A stretch of 63,450 nucleotides of DNA, counting the filler, from Phoronis australis (taxonomy: Eukaryota; Animalia; Phoronida): the NCBI GenBank assembly GCA_002633005.1. It is 4 parts of 4 records of this genome, joined end to end, with 100 filler letters (N's around TTAATTAATTAA, not from the genome) between each part and the next. Parts side by side here need not be neighbours in the genome. Positions count along the whole stretch, not along the records: positions 1 to 24,796 come from NMRA01001014.1; positions 24,897 to 50,116 come from NMRA01000074.1; 2 more parts are not named here. One strand, 5' to 3'. The notes under the pieces are model-generated. The model saw only the letters and a list, made by a program, of their open reading frames with translations. It ran no database searches and had not been told where the DNA came from. Positions 13,118 to 25,575 of the stretch are shown here, in pieces (positions within the stretch are counted from its first letter, which is position 1; each line of letters opens with the position of its first letter). Made by a program: the position numbers and the translations under genes.

Positions 13118-15737
13118 TTTTCTACAACTGTGGTGAATTATTGGGGACAAATAAAACAACGAGAATAATAAATAATTTAAGTTGTATTGGGAATTTCAGG
13201 GTCACAGCTCTACAAATAAATATTTCACAGGGGATGTGAGAAAAAGGTAGTCACAAGCAATGAGAAAAGGACTGATACCAGTCCCGGATTTGCCTCCATA
13301 CTCAGTGAAGCTCGCCCCCCCCCCGCCCTCCGGGGTGCCGGCACGATGTTAGACTTGGGGCACGGCACACGAGGACAGATTGGATACCTCACGGTGAGCA
13401 GCACCGCTCCCGCCAAGCTCGAAGCCCAGCCACACCCTGGTCCCCCAGAGAGCCGGAGTTGTGGTTGCTGTACATTACAGGCACCTCTACTGACCCCATA
13501 CCAACACTCACCTAGCAGACACTGATATGCCTTAATTACAAGGGAAATTGCACCACATAACGGTGCAAGCACAAACCTACCTGGAGGACCTGCGGTGGTT
13601 CCCACCCGAGCATTGCATAGCACAAGACCACCCTACGCTCCCGGTCGGGCTTTCCCGGGTCCAAGCCGCCCCCAAATGCCAACTAACCTTCACTCATATC
13701 GCGGCAAATCCTGGCGAAATTCAGCCGGTTTAGGGCACACCTTAGTACCCCAAGTTTAGTGCCCCCCAATTATTACGAATCTAATGCATCATGTACATGT
13801 ATGAGCTAGGGTAGAGCACCCGAAGAAAACTGACGTTCAGGTTCCTATGTGCGAAGGTGTTGGTATTGGTGGAACAATTAACTTGCGTACCAGAAGAGGT
13901 AAGCCTTGTGACAACGGCTGGGGAGTAACCTCACACGGAAGGATGTGCTGTTAGGGAAACTCGCTGCAAAATTGTACTGAGAACAGAAAGATTGTAGATT
14001 TTTTTTATAAAACATTTTTATTTAGTTTTTTTGAAATATTTTCATTTGTGTGTTTTTGTTTAATATTTTATGTAGTTTTTAAAATATTTTTATTTATTTT
14101 TTTTAATATTATTTATTTACTTTTTTAAATACATCTTTTTTGTTATTTAGTTTTATATTTGTTATTTAGTTTTTTAAATAGTTTTATTGGTTTTTATTTT
14201 TTTATTTGTTTTATATAAGTTAGAAAAGAAGTAATGGTGCAGGAAAGGTAAAGGACCATCAGCATGGGAGATGTCATTTCATATAAAGATTATGAACAGA
14301 TCTAAAATCATTATTCAAACAGTACTATTTATTTGCTGATGCTTTTAAGATGAAAACCGACAGCTTGATAAAAATCATTAATTGAAACCATGTATCAAGC
14401 TATCTGCCACAGACAGACCTTCATACGGAAACTTGTATGTCTACTATATGTCTAAGAAAATAAAATATCTGTAAAAATCCTACAGAACACAACTATACGA
14501 GAGAGCAGAGCAGCAACAGGCTCTCAGGAATAATGATACCCCGAGTCGTATAATATAGACAACACCAAGTACACAAATCAGGAAGCAACTTGGTCTACAA
14601 AATATGATTGGCAGTAAAGGCCTAGCACCCTATCAATGTGCTAGGGTTCTGGTATCATGAAAGTTTAGTCTAGAAAGTTCCATTGCTGGCACGAGGTCAT
14701 CAGCACTCTGCAACAAGTTATTATGTAATTACATAAGAGTGAAATCACAGGCTGGACCATTACCATGAAATCTGGGTCAATGAGCACTGCAACTGAATTT
14801 GGGCTAGTGTGATCCCAGTGTGCTTCGGTGACGAAATTTTAGGAAGTAGGTTAGGCACATTTGCGTGCAATATAGGTTAACAAAATGAAAGGTTACAAAA
14901 TTTTGAAATCGTAAATTAAAAATTTTGTAAATTAAAAATTTTGTGTTAAAAAAAAGTCAGACATTACTGGTAATCTGATATGATTTATACGCCTAAACGG
15001 GCAGATGTAACCCACTAGTGTGACAGTGACGCGTTTTCAAAAACTTGGTGCAGTGACATGGATACTGTTTAGGCCTACTAATTATAGCCCGGATGTAGTG
15101 GATCCTGGGTTGCAGATGAAAACGACCCTACTTCAACGGGTAAGGACAACTGCTAGAGTGACTGGCTTAGACCTAATTACACCGAAATGAACTAGTATAT
15201 ACGAAAATCGTAAAATCAAAGGAAATAGCGTAAGCCGGTCATGCCCTCGCAGATTTCGTACGACTGAGCTATACGCACCTGGGCAGTGGACAACTTAGCA
15301 GGCATGTGAGACGTTATCTCATCGATCATAACGGACGCCTATCTGCCACTACAGTAGCCGACTATTCGAAAATCGTTTCTGGTGGGAAATACCCGACCTC
15401 GATGCTAGACGAAAACAAATAGTTTATTTTTCAATTATTTATTTCATTTGTAGCAATGTTTTAGTGTACGTTTTAGTTTGTTTATTAGTTGTATTATATG
15501 TTGGTTTTTTGATTTTTATTGATTTTTTTCGTGCGTCGGTAAAGTATATATATTTTTAAGTGTTCGTTCGGAAGGAAGTATGCCGGTCAAAAGCGTAGAT
15601 AAACATGGTACGGTTAGGGCCGGTGACGAAGTACTTGAAAAGGCCTAACAAACAACATATCTAAGGGTGAATACAATATTTCCATATCTTTCATGGAAAG
15701 TCGAATAAAATGTCAACAGTGACATCCAAAGGGTTTT

Positions 15738-15743
15738 TTATTA

Positions 15744-15806
<63 letters not shown>

Positions 15807-15860
15807 TATAATAATAATTATTGTTATTATTATTTTATCATTATTATTTTATTATTATTT
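15738..15860. repeat. (ATT)n microsatellite
   Basis: Long perfect ATT run decaying into AT-rich low-complexity sequence. Confidence 0.97.
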
Positions 15861-18800
15861 TTTGTTTTTTGTTATTATTTATTTTTTTATTATTGTTTTG
15901 TTTTACTTAGTTCCTAAATTTCATTACCATTATTTTAAACACCAAAGTGGTTGCGCGCTATATGAGGACACTTACATGTGTTAGACGCGGCACTTTCGAG
16001 CTTCACGGCGACATGGGATAGATTCCCATCTAGGTTTTAACCATTGTAAATCCCATCTGTTTACATCAATAATACCTCCAGTCCTGTTGGAATAGTACCA
16101 AGTCTAGTGTTATGGAAATCCAGTATCCGCCATGTACCCAAACCATAAGTACGTCTGGTCACACACTTGTCAAACCGCTGGCACTCAAGCTCATTCTACA
16201 TGGGTACCCAGACCCCAACTGTGCTTCACTCCTTGTTCAAGGCTCAATGGCAGCCCGTACAACATTTGCGACTCCGAACATAACTGCAGGTCCATGAGTA
16301 TTCGCAAATGGAAATTTTTTTAACAGTTTATGTGGAATGGAAATCAGAAGAAATTCCCTGTGTGGGGGAAAACTGTTACTACTTGAGTGTGATGGTGCTA
16401 ACAAAATCATATCCCCTTTGGTTCGTAAGGAACCATGAAAGGTCTAGCTCGGTTGCACTGTATTTTGCTTCCGTGTGGACCTTCGTTAAAGCACTTCCAA
16501 TCAGACGCCAGCAGTCTTGCTTTATTTTGAAAAATGTAGTCATACAGTAATGTTATTGTGTTTATGGGAAACAGGATTTTAGATTGTGTTCAACTAAAGA
16601 GGGATCCTCATATTTCACGAGGTCTTGGTCAGATGTTTAATAATGTTACGCTTCAACGCTGTTCAGGTCCTCAAACTTCTGTCGAAATAGACCGCCACCT
16701 CGCGCCCTGAACATGAGTGAGGCGATATCCTCTGAGCTATGAATATCTTGTCATAAATCAGCGAGTTGATGTGATAGGAGGAAGTATTTATTTATCAGTT
16801 TCTTACAGGGCGTGATTGCAAGTGATGTGATGGCAAATACGAGACAATCCATGCATCTACTTCCGCTTCCTAAATGATCGTCTATAAGTGAAAGCGCTAA
16901 CTGAATTACAGGGGTTGGAACTGTATTCATACAGGTTCTTGTACAGGGGCTTAGAACAGAAAATTACACAAATTGTCCCATTTTTATAACAACATGAAAT
17001 TTGATGTACTGGCATTTAAGCCTATATAGAATCATATAAGGCAAGGTATCCAGTTTATCTCCATGGTAACGTCGGGGGCGACATCATTCTCGGGAAAAAG
17101 TTCAGACTCGTTTTTAGCCTTGGATCGGTAAATACAAACTAGGATTTGAGATCTATCCTTGTACGTCATTATTTACTCGGGCATAGCAAATTCGACACTT
17201 ATCTCGAGTTCGCATAAAATAGAAAATAAAATGTCAAAAATAATTTCGGGATCGATTTCTAGTAAAAAGATTGACCCCGCGCTCAGGAACTGCGTAGTTT
17301 TTTTTCCTTATTATAATCTACCACTGGACGAGTCGTGATTTCCGTCTACAGTAAAAGGATACTAAACCCTGTTTTGGTGATTTCAACCAATCCTCGGCAC
17401 CTGCTAATGCTTCATTGGCATCACTCTTGCACGATAAATGCAGGAATCAACCAAAAACTCAAAATCCATGTGTCACAAATTGGACGTTATGGTTCTCAGA
17501 GGGTGGTCTTTTCCCACAGCTGCTTTGTACTTCGTTAAAAGCGTATGTCACGCTTGACCGTTTAGCAGACTTTCAAACGGTTTTCAAAGTTTCCGTCCAA
17601 GGGTCGAGGGTTACAGAGCATCATTTTGTTTCAGATAACTGGATGAGAACGTCGGTTTCAATATCTGTTCATAAGCCAACACCGTATTTGGTTTCGTTTT
17701 AAGGGATATTTTGTTTTTCATAACCGTATCTACTGATCCCGTTTAAGATTGTCGATTTCAAAAATAAAATTTACCCAAGAACGTGTAAGGCTCGGTGGAT
17801 GAAGAACAAACGAGTCCTTAACACATACAGACATGTCGTTTTTTATCAGATGTTTAGAGGGACGTTTTGTTTCACCTTTGGAGCAAACTAACTAAAATGT
17901 TCTTTTCGCAACACACCAGACAGACGCTGATACTTTTCTTCATGGAGGAAAGTTATGCACGTGTTTCTGTGGGCAGGACCGTTGTCTCACTAGTGCCCTC
18001 TATAGTGAGTTTAGAATCGCAATTTAGTTAAAATGTATGCTTGATTACTTTGATTGCTAAGGGAAAGAACGCATTACTTAGATTAGTGTGATATGGAATA
18101 GAGACTTCTCGAAGTTATTAGCTTTGACCAGAGCTACAAAACAACGAAAGCGCTCTGAGGAGCGACACTTAGTGAAATGGAACAAAAATTTAGAGGTGAG
18201 GTTGAGGACGATGCGAATTTATTAGATAACCGGTGAAGAGATCTATTTACATTCCAAATTTGAAAAGGTTCGTTCAAAGGATCTCGTAGCTTGAGCTCCG
18301 CAAATTTAATTCGAAAAATGGCCGTCACAGCGCCAACCTGCGTCTGATTTCGCTCAAGAACAAAAATCCTCGGGCTATTGACTAAGTAAACGGACGAAAA
18401 ATGCGATCTCTAGCCCAATTATGATAGGCGCAGCCATAAATAACTATTCAACAAAAGATCAGTCATCTGACCCAAAAATCTCGAATGACGCGAGAATGGT
18501 AATTCGTAGCACGAAACGGGTTTCGATATGCGATTTTATCTTAAATCACAATTTTCGCCATTATCTGTCAGACACTCGTTGAAATCAAGGACGGTGACCG
18601 TACGAATAAAGATCGCTTAAAGATGTATTTGCATGCTCCTAACTGCGCTAATGTATACCAGGAACTAAACGACAATTCTGTTTTAACATAATTCACGCTA
18701 AACAAAGTGCAGTTGTATTCACTGACAACTTGTAAATATGAAAACAAACAATTCTGCAAATAGGTGACCTTTGCACTAATGGCGTACCTGGCGAGCTCAC

Positions 18801-20147
18801 TTAGCCCCATCATGCTGTGTTGTTTCCCAACACCACGTCACGATACTTACTGGACACGGGTCAGTGATTTGCGGCGGACCATTTTCGCCACAAAACTAAT
18901 ATTCGGCAACTTCCAACCTACTTCATATTCACATCGTCACTGTATGTTGTGTGTCTAAATAATTTGGTCATGCTTTTGACAAAAATAAGGAATTACCCTG
19001 TAAGTTCCACTTTAAATTGCACCGTCATATATTGCCGATTTGGATATAGTTAAGTTAGCACAGCGGTTGACTTGGAGAACGAGGGGTCCCCACTGACGCT
19101 AAAGTCAACAAGTCCCTTTCCTTTTCTAACCGATAATGTAATTTTAATTAGCTGGAATCTCATAGATAGTGATCAGCTTACTGGGTGGGCCGGAAGTGCC
19201 CGCTCGATTATTAATTGAAAGAAGATGACGGTTATTTCCCATGGTCATAACGATGGGTACCTAGCCTTGACAAGAACATCAAAATTGACATTCACACCAA
19301 CGTTCATGCTTTCGTCAACTAAAAATGTAAATCAATTTGTTCCTTAACCTAATAAAACCCACACTTTGATTTGTTAACTATAGTGGCTGTTTTGAAATCC
19401 AATATGGCTGCTATTTTACAGCATTAAAAAAACAACTGTACCCTTTAGTCTAAATTGCAAGCATGTAGTATTTGACAACAGTTGCACTTTTTAAGACGAA
19501 CAAGGAAAGCTAGACCATTTTCACTGAGACTCTGGCAGCCATTTTGAAATGCAATATGGCTGCGGTCACCATTCTAATCGTTGAAACATTCGCTACATGA
19601 ACTCATTCTGACTCGTTTTTGTACTATTCGAAGTTAAAAATTATGATAAACAACGTAAAATGTACAACGTAAAATTGCCGAGTCAGCACTTTAGGTAGTT
19701 ACTATGGTGATAACGATTAGGTATTGAGCCTAGTTTCAATAAGCACATCAAAACTGACTGGTAGTCACTAATTTTCATGCTTTCTTCAAAAAGTGAAGGT
19801 CCTTAACTGCCCCTTTAATTTATTCAACATGTAGCCGCTAAGACATATGAACTTCTTCAGTGCAATCTTCCTGCAAAGCGGGTCTATTTTCATATTGCTG
19901 ATTACGAATGAGTTGTCTACTTGCTCTGTACTTCAAAATTCCGGGAGGGCATCATTAGCTATGTCGTATATTCTTGGCGTTTGCAGTAATACGTCAATTC
20001 TCGGGTTGTCACCCAAAGTCCAGCGTAGAGAGCAAATGTAGTCGCTTCACCTCATCTCCTAACAAGATACTACCACCGTAATAAAACTCCAATCAACACC
20101 ACCGTTTTCTTAAAGGAAGTAGTGCACTCCGGAGGGTTTTGATTGGC

Positions 20148-21173
20148 TTAAACGACGGACGTCTTTGTGCGTGATCCCTCGTCCTGGGAACCTGAAGACA
20201 ATGTCCAGTTTTTAGCGGCAGGTGGCCGACATTTGAAAAGAGCAACAAACTCCTTTCGCATGTGAGAACTACCAGCGGAGTACACCACGGGGTTTAACGC
20301 ATGTTGCAGATACGTCATCCAGGTTACAAAATTGCTTACCGGGGTTGAAATGTCTTCTATTGCGACGTCGTCTCTCAATAAAATACACACGTACGTTACC
20401 AAAGGCGTCCAGCATGCAAGAAATAACACTACATTTGAAAGTAACATAATTGTGATTCTCCTTTGCAAAGCATACCTGCGCTTTGATGAAGTCACACCGC
20501 ACAGAATGGCGTTCTTCAAATTTCTGTTGATGAATATGAAAATTTTAGTATATAGAACTGTTAAGATTATGAATCCGCAAAGGGCATACCAGCTTATAAT
20601 CGATACATCAGCGATGAACAAGTTAATATCCTTGTCTTGGAATTCAATGATGCACACTCCTGTAGTCGGTTTGATTTTGTAATTTTCTGTTCGAAATAAC
20701 ATAATAACGAACGCAGACGATGACATAATCCAAATTGTGGAAATGGTCACCTTTACGGATATGCGTTTCTTTCCCGACGTGCAAATAACAAAATAGCGAT
20801 CTACACTTAAACATAACATTGTCAAAATTGAGACACAAAGAAGGCATCTCATGGACACTATTTGTCCCATACAGACCGGCTTGCTGAGCTCGTAAGTCGG
20901 GTCAATAGATAACGTGATCGAGATCGGCATAGAATAGACGGCAACTCCGAGGTCCGCGCACGCCATGTTGAATATCAGAACAAACATGTTGTTATTAGTG
21001 TTGATGCGTGATGTCGTAGTTGCCGCCAGTTTCTTTGACTGCCATCGTCGATACACCACAAGACATACCAATATGTTACCCACAATTGCCATCAACATAA
21101 TGGGTAGTTGGAATGGCAGTGTGTACATCCAGTAAGGTTCTATTGTTCTTTGAGTAACGTTAGGTGCCGCCAT
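20148..21173 (-). CDS. Rhodopsin-like (class A) GPCR, peptide-receptor-like, intronless CDS
   Basis: Seven hydrophobic segments with GN (TM1), NMACADL (TM2), C...LSVDRY (TM3), W (TM4), CWTP (TM6) and LNPVVY (TM7). Start placed at ATG 21173 (MAAPNVT, contains an N-glycosylation sequon); the ORF track extends to 21338 from a non-ATG codon. Confidence 0.92.
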   Translation of the reverse strand: MAAPNVTQRTIEPYWMYTLPFQLPIMLMAIVGNILVCLVVYRRWQSKKLAATTTSRINTNNNMFVLIFNMACADLGVAVYSMPISITLSIDPTYELSKPVCMGQIVSMRCLLCVSILTMLCLSVDRYFVICTSGKKRISVKVTISTIWIMSSSAFVIMLFRTENYKIKPTTGVCIIEFQDKDINLFIADVSIISWYALCGFIILTVLYTKIFIFINRNLKNAILCGVTSSKRRYALQRRITIMLLSNVVLFLACWTPLVTYVCILLRDDVAIEDISTPVSNFVTWMTYLQHALNPVVYSAGSSHMRKEFVALFKCRPPAAKNWTLSSGSQDEGSRTKTSVV

Positions 21174-21761
21174 TATGCAATCTCTTGTCAGTTCGCACCA
21201 AAATAGCTCAATGTTTGGTTGGTCGCTCTTACAATCAATATTCCGTACACTGTTGAGCGTCTGTTCTTGAACAAACTTTTGCTCTACGCCGAAATTTAGC
21301 CTTGTTGCGTTTGTGGCGCCCCGAGTCATCACACACAATAAGTACTCGTTGTTGGTACCGCTTACAATCGGAAGGCGACCTGCTTACCAGGATGTGTTCC
21401 GGGTCACTTGACCTGTAAATGGAAACTTCATAAAAGAACAAATGCTATCTGAAGCAGCAAATGAGGGGTCTGTCACAGTACGTGCCAGCTGTTTTACGAA
21501 ACTTTTTCAAACTATATCACGTCACTATTTAAAAGGTTTTACCCGCCAGAAACTTCCAGTCACGCACGTTGCAGACGCCAGGACGCTTGGCTAAACGCAG
21601 AGACTGATGGTTCAAGGACACTGACTGCGGGACATTTTCATTCTAAAAAAACAACGCTATAAACAGAGCAGAGCGTAAATTTACTCAATTTGTCCTTTGT
21701 GCTGAGAGCTGTGAAACTGGTTAACTTACGACCTAACGAAATCTTGGCAAGTTTGCTGTTT

Positions 21762-22830
21762 GTTTTCTCGCGCAGAACATTCGACTTTCCGATTGATGGT
21801 CCAGTCATCGTACCCTGAGTATTGCACAACGTTAGGCCATAGTCCTTTCGACTCTAGGAAGCCTAAACAATCACTTCCGGGGCGAATTTTGGGGGCAAGA
21901 TAATTTTGGTGTTTTTAAGGTCATTAAGTACTATACTTTAAGAATCTAAAAAGTTCCCAAGGTTTGATTTGAACATTTTCGAGAAATTTGACCTCAAAAA
22001 TCTGACTTTTTGCATAATTTGACACAGAAAACCAATCTTCAAAAACCAACAACACTATACAAAAACTGAATGATAATTGGATTGGGATTTGTTCATTCGA
22101 AGTTACTGAACAAGAAAAGTGATATATATTTTATTAGGTGGAAAATTGCTCAAAAAATAGAAAAAGAAATATTTTNAGTGGAGAGTCCTAGCTTGGATAG
22201 CAGATAAGACATTTGATCGTTTGGTTGTTTGATTAAAGTAATCTTTAAAGAGAGCGCTAGCGTAGTTTCTCTTGGTAGTTGATTACCTAATTAACAATAG
22301 GTTTCATATGTCTAATTAGGGGTTATCATATAATAAATTAATTACTGGATTTGATTATTCACTCTCCATCTACGCACAACTTCAAAGCATAGCTACCTTT
22401 TAAACAAACCCACACAGACAATCGTCTGACAGTTTTCTCGCGCAGAACATTCGACTTTTCGATTGATGGTCCAGTCATGCACAACGTTAGGCCATAGTCC
22501 TTTCGACTCTAGGAAGCCTAAACAATCACTTCCGGGGCGAATTTTGGGGGCAAGATAATTTTGGTGTTTTTAAGGTCACTAAGTACTATACTTTAAGAAT
22601 CTAAAAAGTTCCCAAGGTTTGACTTGCACATTTTCGAGAAATTTGACCTCAAAAATCTGACTTTTTGCACAATTTGGCACAGAATACCAATCTTCAAAAA
22701 CCAACACCACTATACAAAAACTGAATGATAATTTGATTGGGATTTGTTCTTTTGAAGTTACTGAACAAGAAAAGTGATATATATTTTATTAGGTGGAAAA
22801 TTGCTCAAAAAATAGAAAAAGAAATATTTT
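21762..22830. repeat. ~400-bp direct duplication (21762-22175 / 22432-22830)
   Basis: Near-identical blocks differing by scattered substitutions and one indel of about 14 bp; the first copy ends at a single N, so they may be uncollapsed haplotypes. Confidence 0.85.
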
Positions 22831-24795
22831 AGCAGCGCCTCCTGTTGGCCAGAAAACGTACTACTATATTCTGATCTGCTAAAAAACAAATACTGTTAAA
22901 CATTTGGATGGAACTTGACGAAGATTTGACATCACAACCTACATGAGAACAATATACATTTCCAACACTTCTGCAACAAATTCACTGTCATCATTTTCAT
23001 TAACTGTCACAATTAATTATCATCCACATTGCTGTTCACTGTCAACTGTCAAAGAGAACGATACACCCAACAGTCCCCACAGTCACCAGCATGATTAAAT
23101 GTTGTCAATATTTTCCATTAGGTTGAAACTTTAAAGTTCTTTAACAACATAGAATACACTTATTATGTTTCTTCATCCACTCCATCATCATTTATATCAT
23201 CATTATTGTCATCTGCTCCAAAAGCCACCCATTACCAACTGGAGATGGTGCACCGAAATGCTGTTGCAAGGCTCGTTTGTGAATGGCACACTGGTAGTTT
23301 GCTCTTTTAGCATGCAACAGCAAACAATCATGACGAGGAGGCAGATCACAGATTTCAACCTGAATATTTGGTAGAGTGCTTTGTCAACTGTTGATGACTC
23401 GCCTTACAGCTTGCATACAAACGGTTCAATGTCTTCCATGAGTTAACCAGGAAACACAAATTTTGAGCCCAACTTTAATGGCAAAGAAAAAGTTTTAAAA
23501 ATCTCTACAAGCCTGCATCCTACCCAAAATAAAAAATTGACAACCTGAATACCGTTTCATCTAAACGCCTTGTTACAGTAATCATATTTAACTGAAATAG
23601 ATAACCAAAGTGCTGTTCACCTTAGCACACAGTATGGCCAACAACTGAAATTTCATTTTGTCTAAGTGCGCAGCAAAAATAAGCATTAAGAGGAATGAGC
23701 ATCATTACTAGCATTGACTGCACTGTGCAGCTGCCTTCAAACAATTTAAAACATAGAAACATTTTTATCATCCTTAATACATTAGTTTAGCCTTTGAAAA
23801 CAGAGGAATGGTCATGTTGGCAATAGCTTTTGTTTGAAATTGAAAAGCGTCTTCTTTACGGTAGAGCAAAAAGTTCGTTTGACTTCCTGTTTTAAATAGC
23901 ACATAATTGGAAGAGTAAACATTTTCCTTCGTTAAAATCTCAAATTCAACAATCTTCAAAACGTGAGATACTGAAATCTTCGCAACATTTGAATTTTCAA
24001 GATAAATGAATTACAGAACACAGGCAATATTTCCGTTTTTATATTTCTCAAATTCCAAGCACTGCTTACGATTTTACATAAAAAGGTCTCAAAATAGGCT
24101 TAGAAATTCATAAAAACAGGGCTGATCACTCACATGTACATGTAGGTAAAAACTACTGCCAGTACATTTGAGATTGAGACGACTATTACTACAATTTTAT
24201 CAAGCAAAATAATTTTTGTAGTGTGACCTAAACTAAAGATTATTTACCATAAATGACACCTTTTCAATTTAAGAATAGGTAGGCCTATTTACAATTGAAT
24301 GTTTGGAACTGGGATATGTTTTCAACTTTTCTTTTGTTTGTGAAGTTCCCGTGATGAAATTTGATTTGTGGCAAATGGTTCATTGTGGTGGTAAGACATA
24401 TACGGCTATATTTCTTTGAGCACTGTTAAATGTACATGTAACTGACAGTGACAATCTCCTTAATTTTCTCGTGGGCTCAACATTATTTACATCATCAGCT
24501 TGGTCTCTTTTTCTTTTTTAAGAGCTCTTTAACTTTTGTTATATCCGTTAAGTGTCTATAACACTGCTTGTGATAGAAGCATGCGCGCACCAAGCCCAAA
24601 AATGGGGGGCTCGAGTTTTTGAGAATGTGCACATTTATTGAGATTCACAGGGTACTTCAGAGCAACGATTTGTGCGTTTGCCGAATTTTGGTAGTTCTTG
24701 CCTTTTTAGTGAACTTTTGTCTTGTTGTCTACTGTCTCGGAGTTTTTGTTTCTCTGGGGCTGACCTTTTTACTCACTTTACCAAATGGAGAGGCT
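22488..24795 (-). mobile_element. Academ DNA transposon remnant
   Basis: 23440-23215 on - reads IEPFVCKL*G...LPPRHDCLLLHAKRANYQCAIHKRAL...PSPVGNGW, the Academ transposase C-terminal motif; TAGGCCA terminus at 22488. The right boundary is arbitrary (gap). Confidence 0.7.
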
Positions 24796-25575
24796 ANNNN
24801 NNNNNNNNNNNNNNNNNNNNNNNNNNNNNNNNNNNNNNNNTTAATTAATTAANNNNNNNNNNNNNNNNNNNNNNNNNNNNNNNNNNNNNNNNNNNNTCAT
24901 TAACCTGTATCGAGTTGACAGCATAAACATTCAGCATTGATTGATGTAACTGTCACTGATAAACTTTGAGAAATCATTCCAAACAATAATAATGCTTTGA
25001 TGTACGAAAAGATCCCGATTGCTACGTCAAGTATCGTATCACATATCACAACATACAAAGATTAACCAGACTCTGGCTGGCTACTGACTGCCGCGAAGTC
25101 GACGGTGACATCGGTGAGTGCCTCGATCAGTTAACAGGCATCGGTAGAATAATCATGGAATAATCGTTAAAATAATCACAAACCTTACCTTTGTATGAGG
25201 TCGTGCTTACTTCCTCTCATAAAAGTACCCTTTTTACGCAATCTCAGATTCAGTTGGCACGGCTGCAAGCCATTTCACCATGTATTTAAAGGGCTCGCGA
25301 AATCGAGGCTGTTAATCTATCGCCACTAGTACACGCACGCCCTCTAGTTACTGCAGATTTTCCGAATAGCCCCATTAGAGAAATTGGTACAGTTAAGCGT
25401 ATACGTAGATGGAACTTCGGTTTAAACAGTGCGTTGTCTTTTACCGAATATTTGTTCGAGCTCCAAAAACATGGAGGAGACCAAGAACATGTACAACAAT
25501 CGATATCGAGAACTACAATCGTAAATTTTGATGGGAACGGTCCCAAGTTTACATTGTAACCGTGGTGTAGTTTAC

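Noticed and set aside
21174-21338. N-terminal extension of the GPCR ORF
   Set aside because: Starts at a non-ATG codon; an upstream ATG is possible, but MAAPNVT gives a typical short glycosylated N-terminus. Unresolved without RNA data.
21762-22830. Duplications adjoining single Ns (also 58644-58884 and 60637-61075) as biological events
   Set aside because: Each abuts a contig join and may be allelic overlap; listed as repeats but not interpreted.
24796-24896. TTAATTAATTAA embedded in N runs (also at 50161 and 54974)
   Set aside because: Identical scaffolding spacer with stops in all frames; an assembly artefact. Adjacency across these gaps is uncertain.
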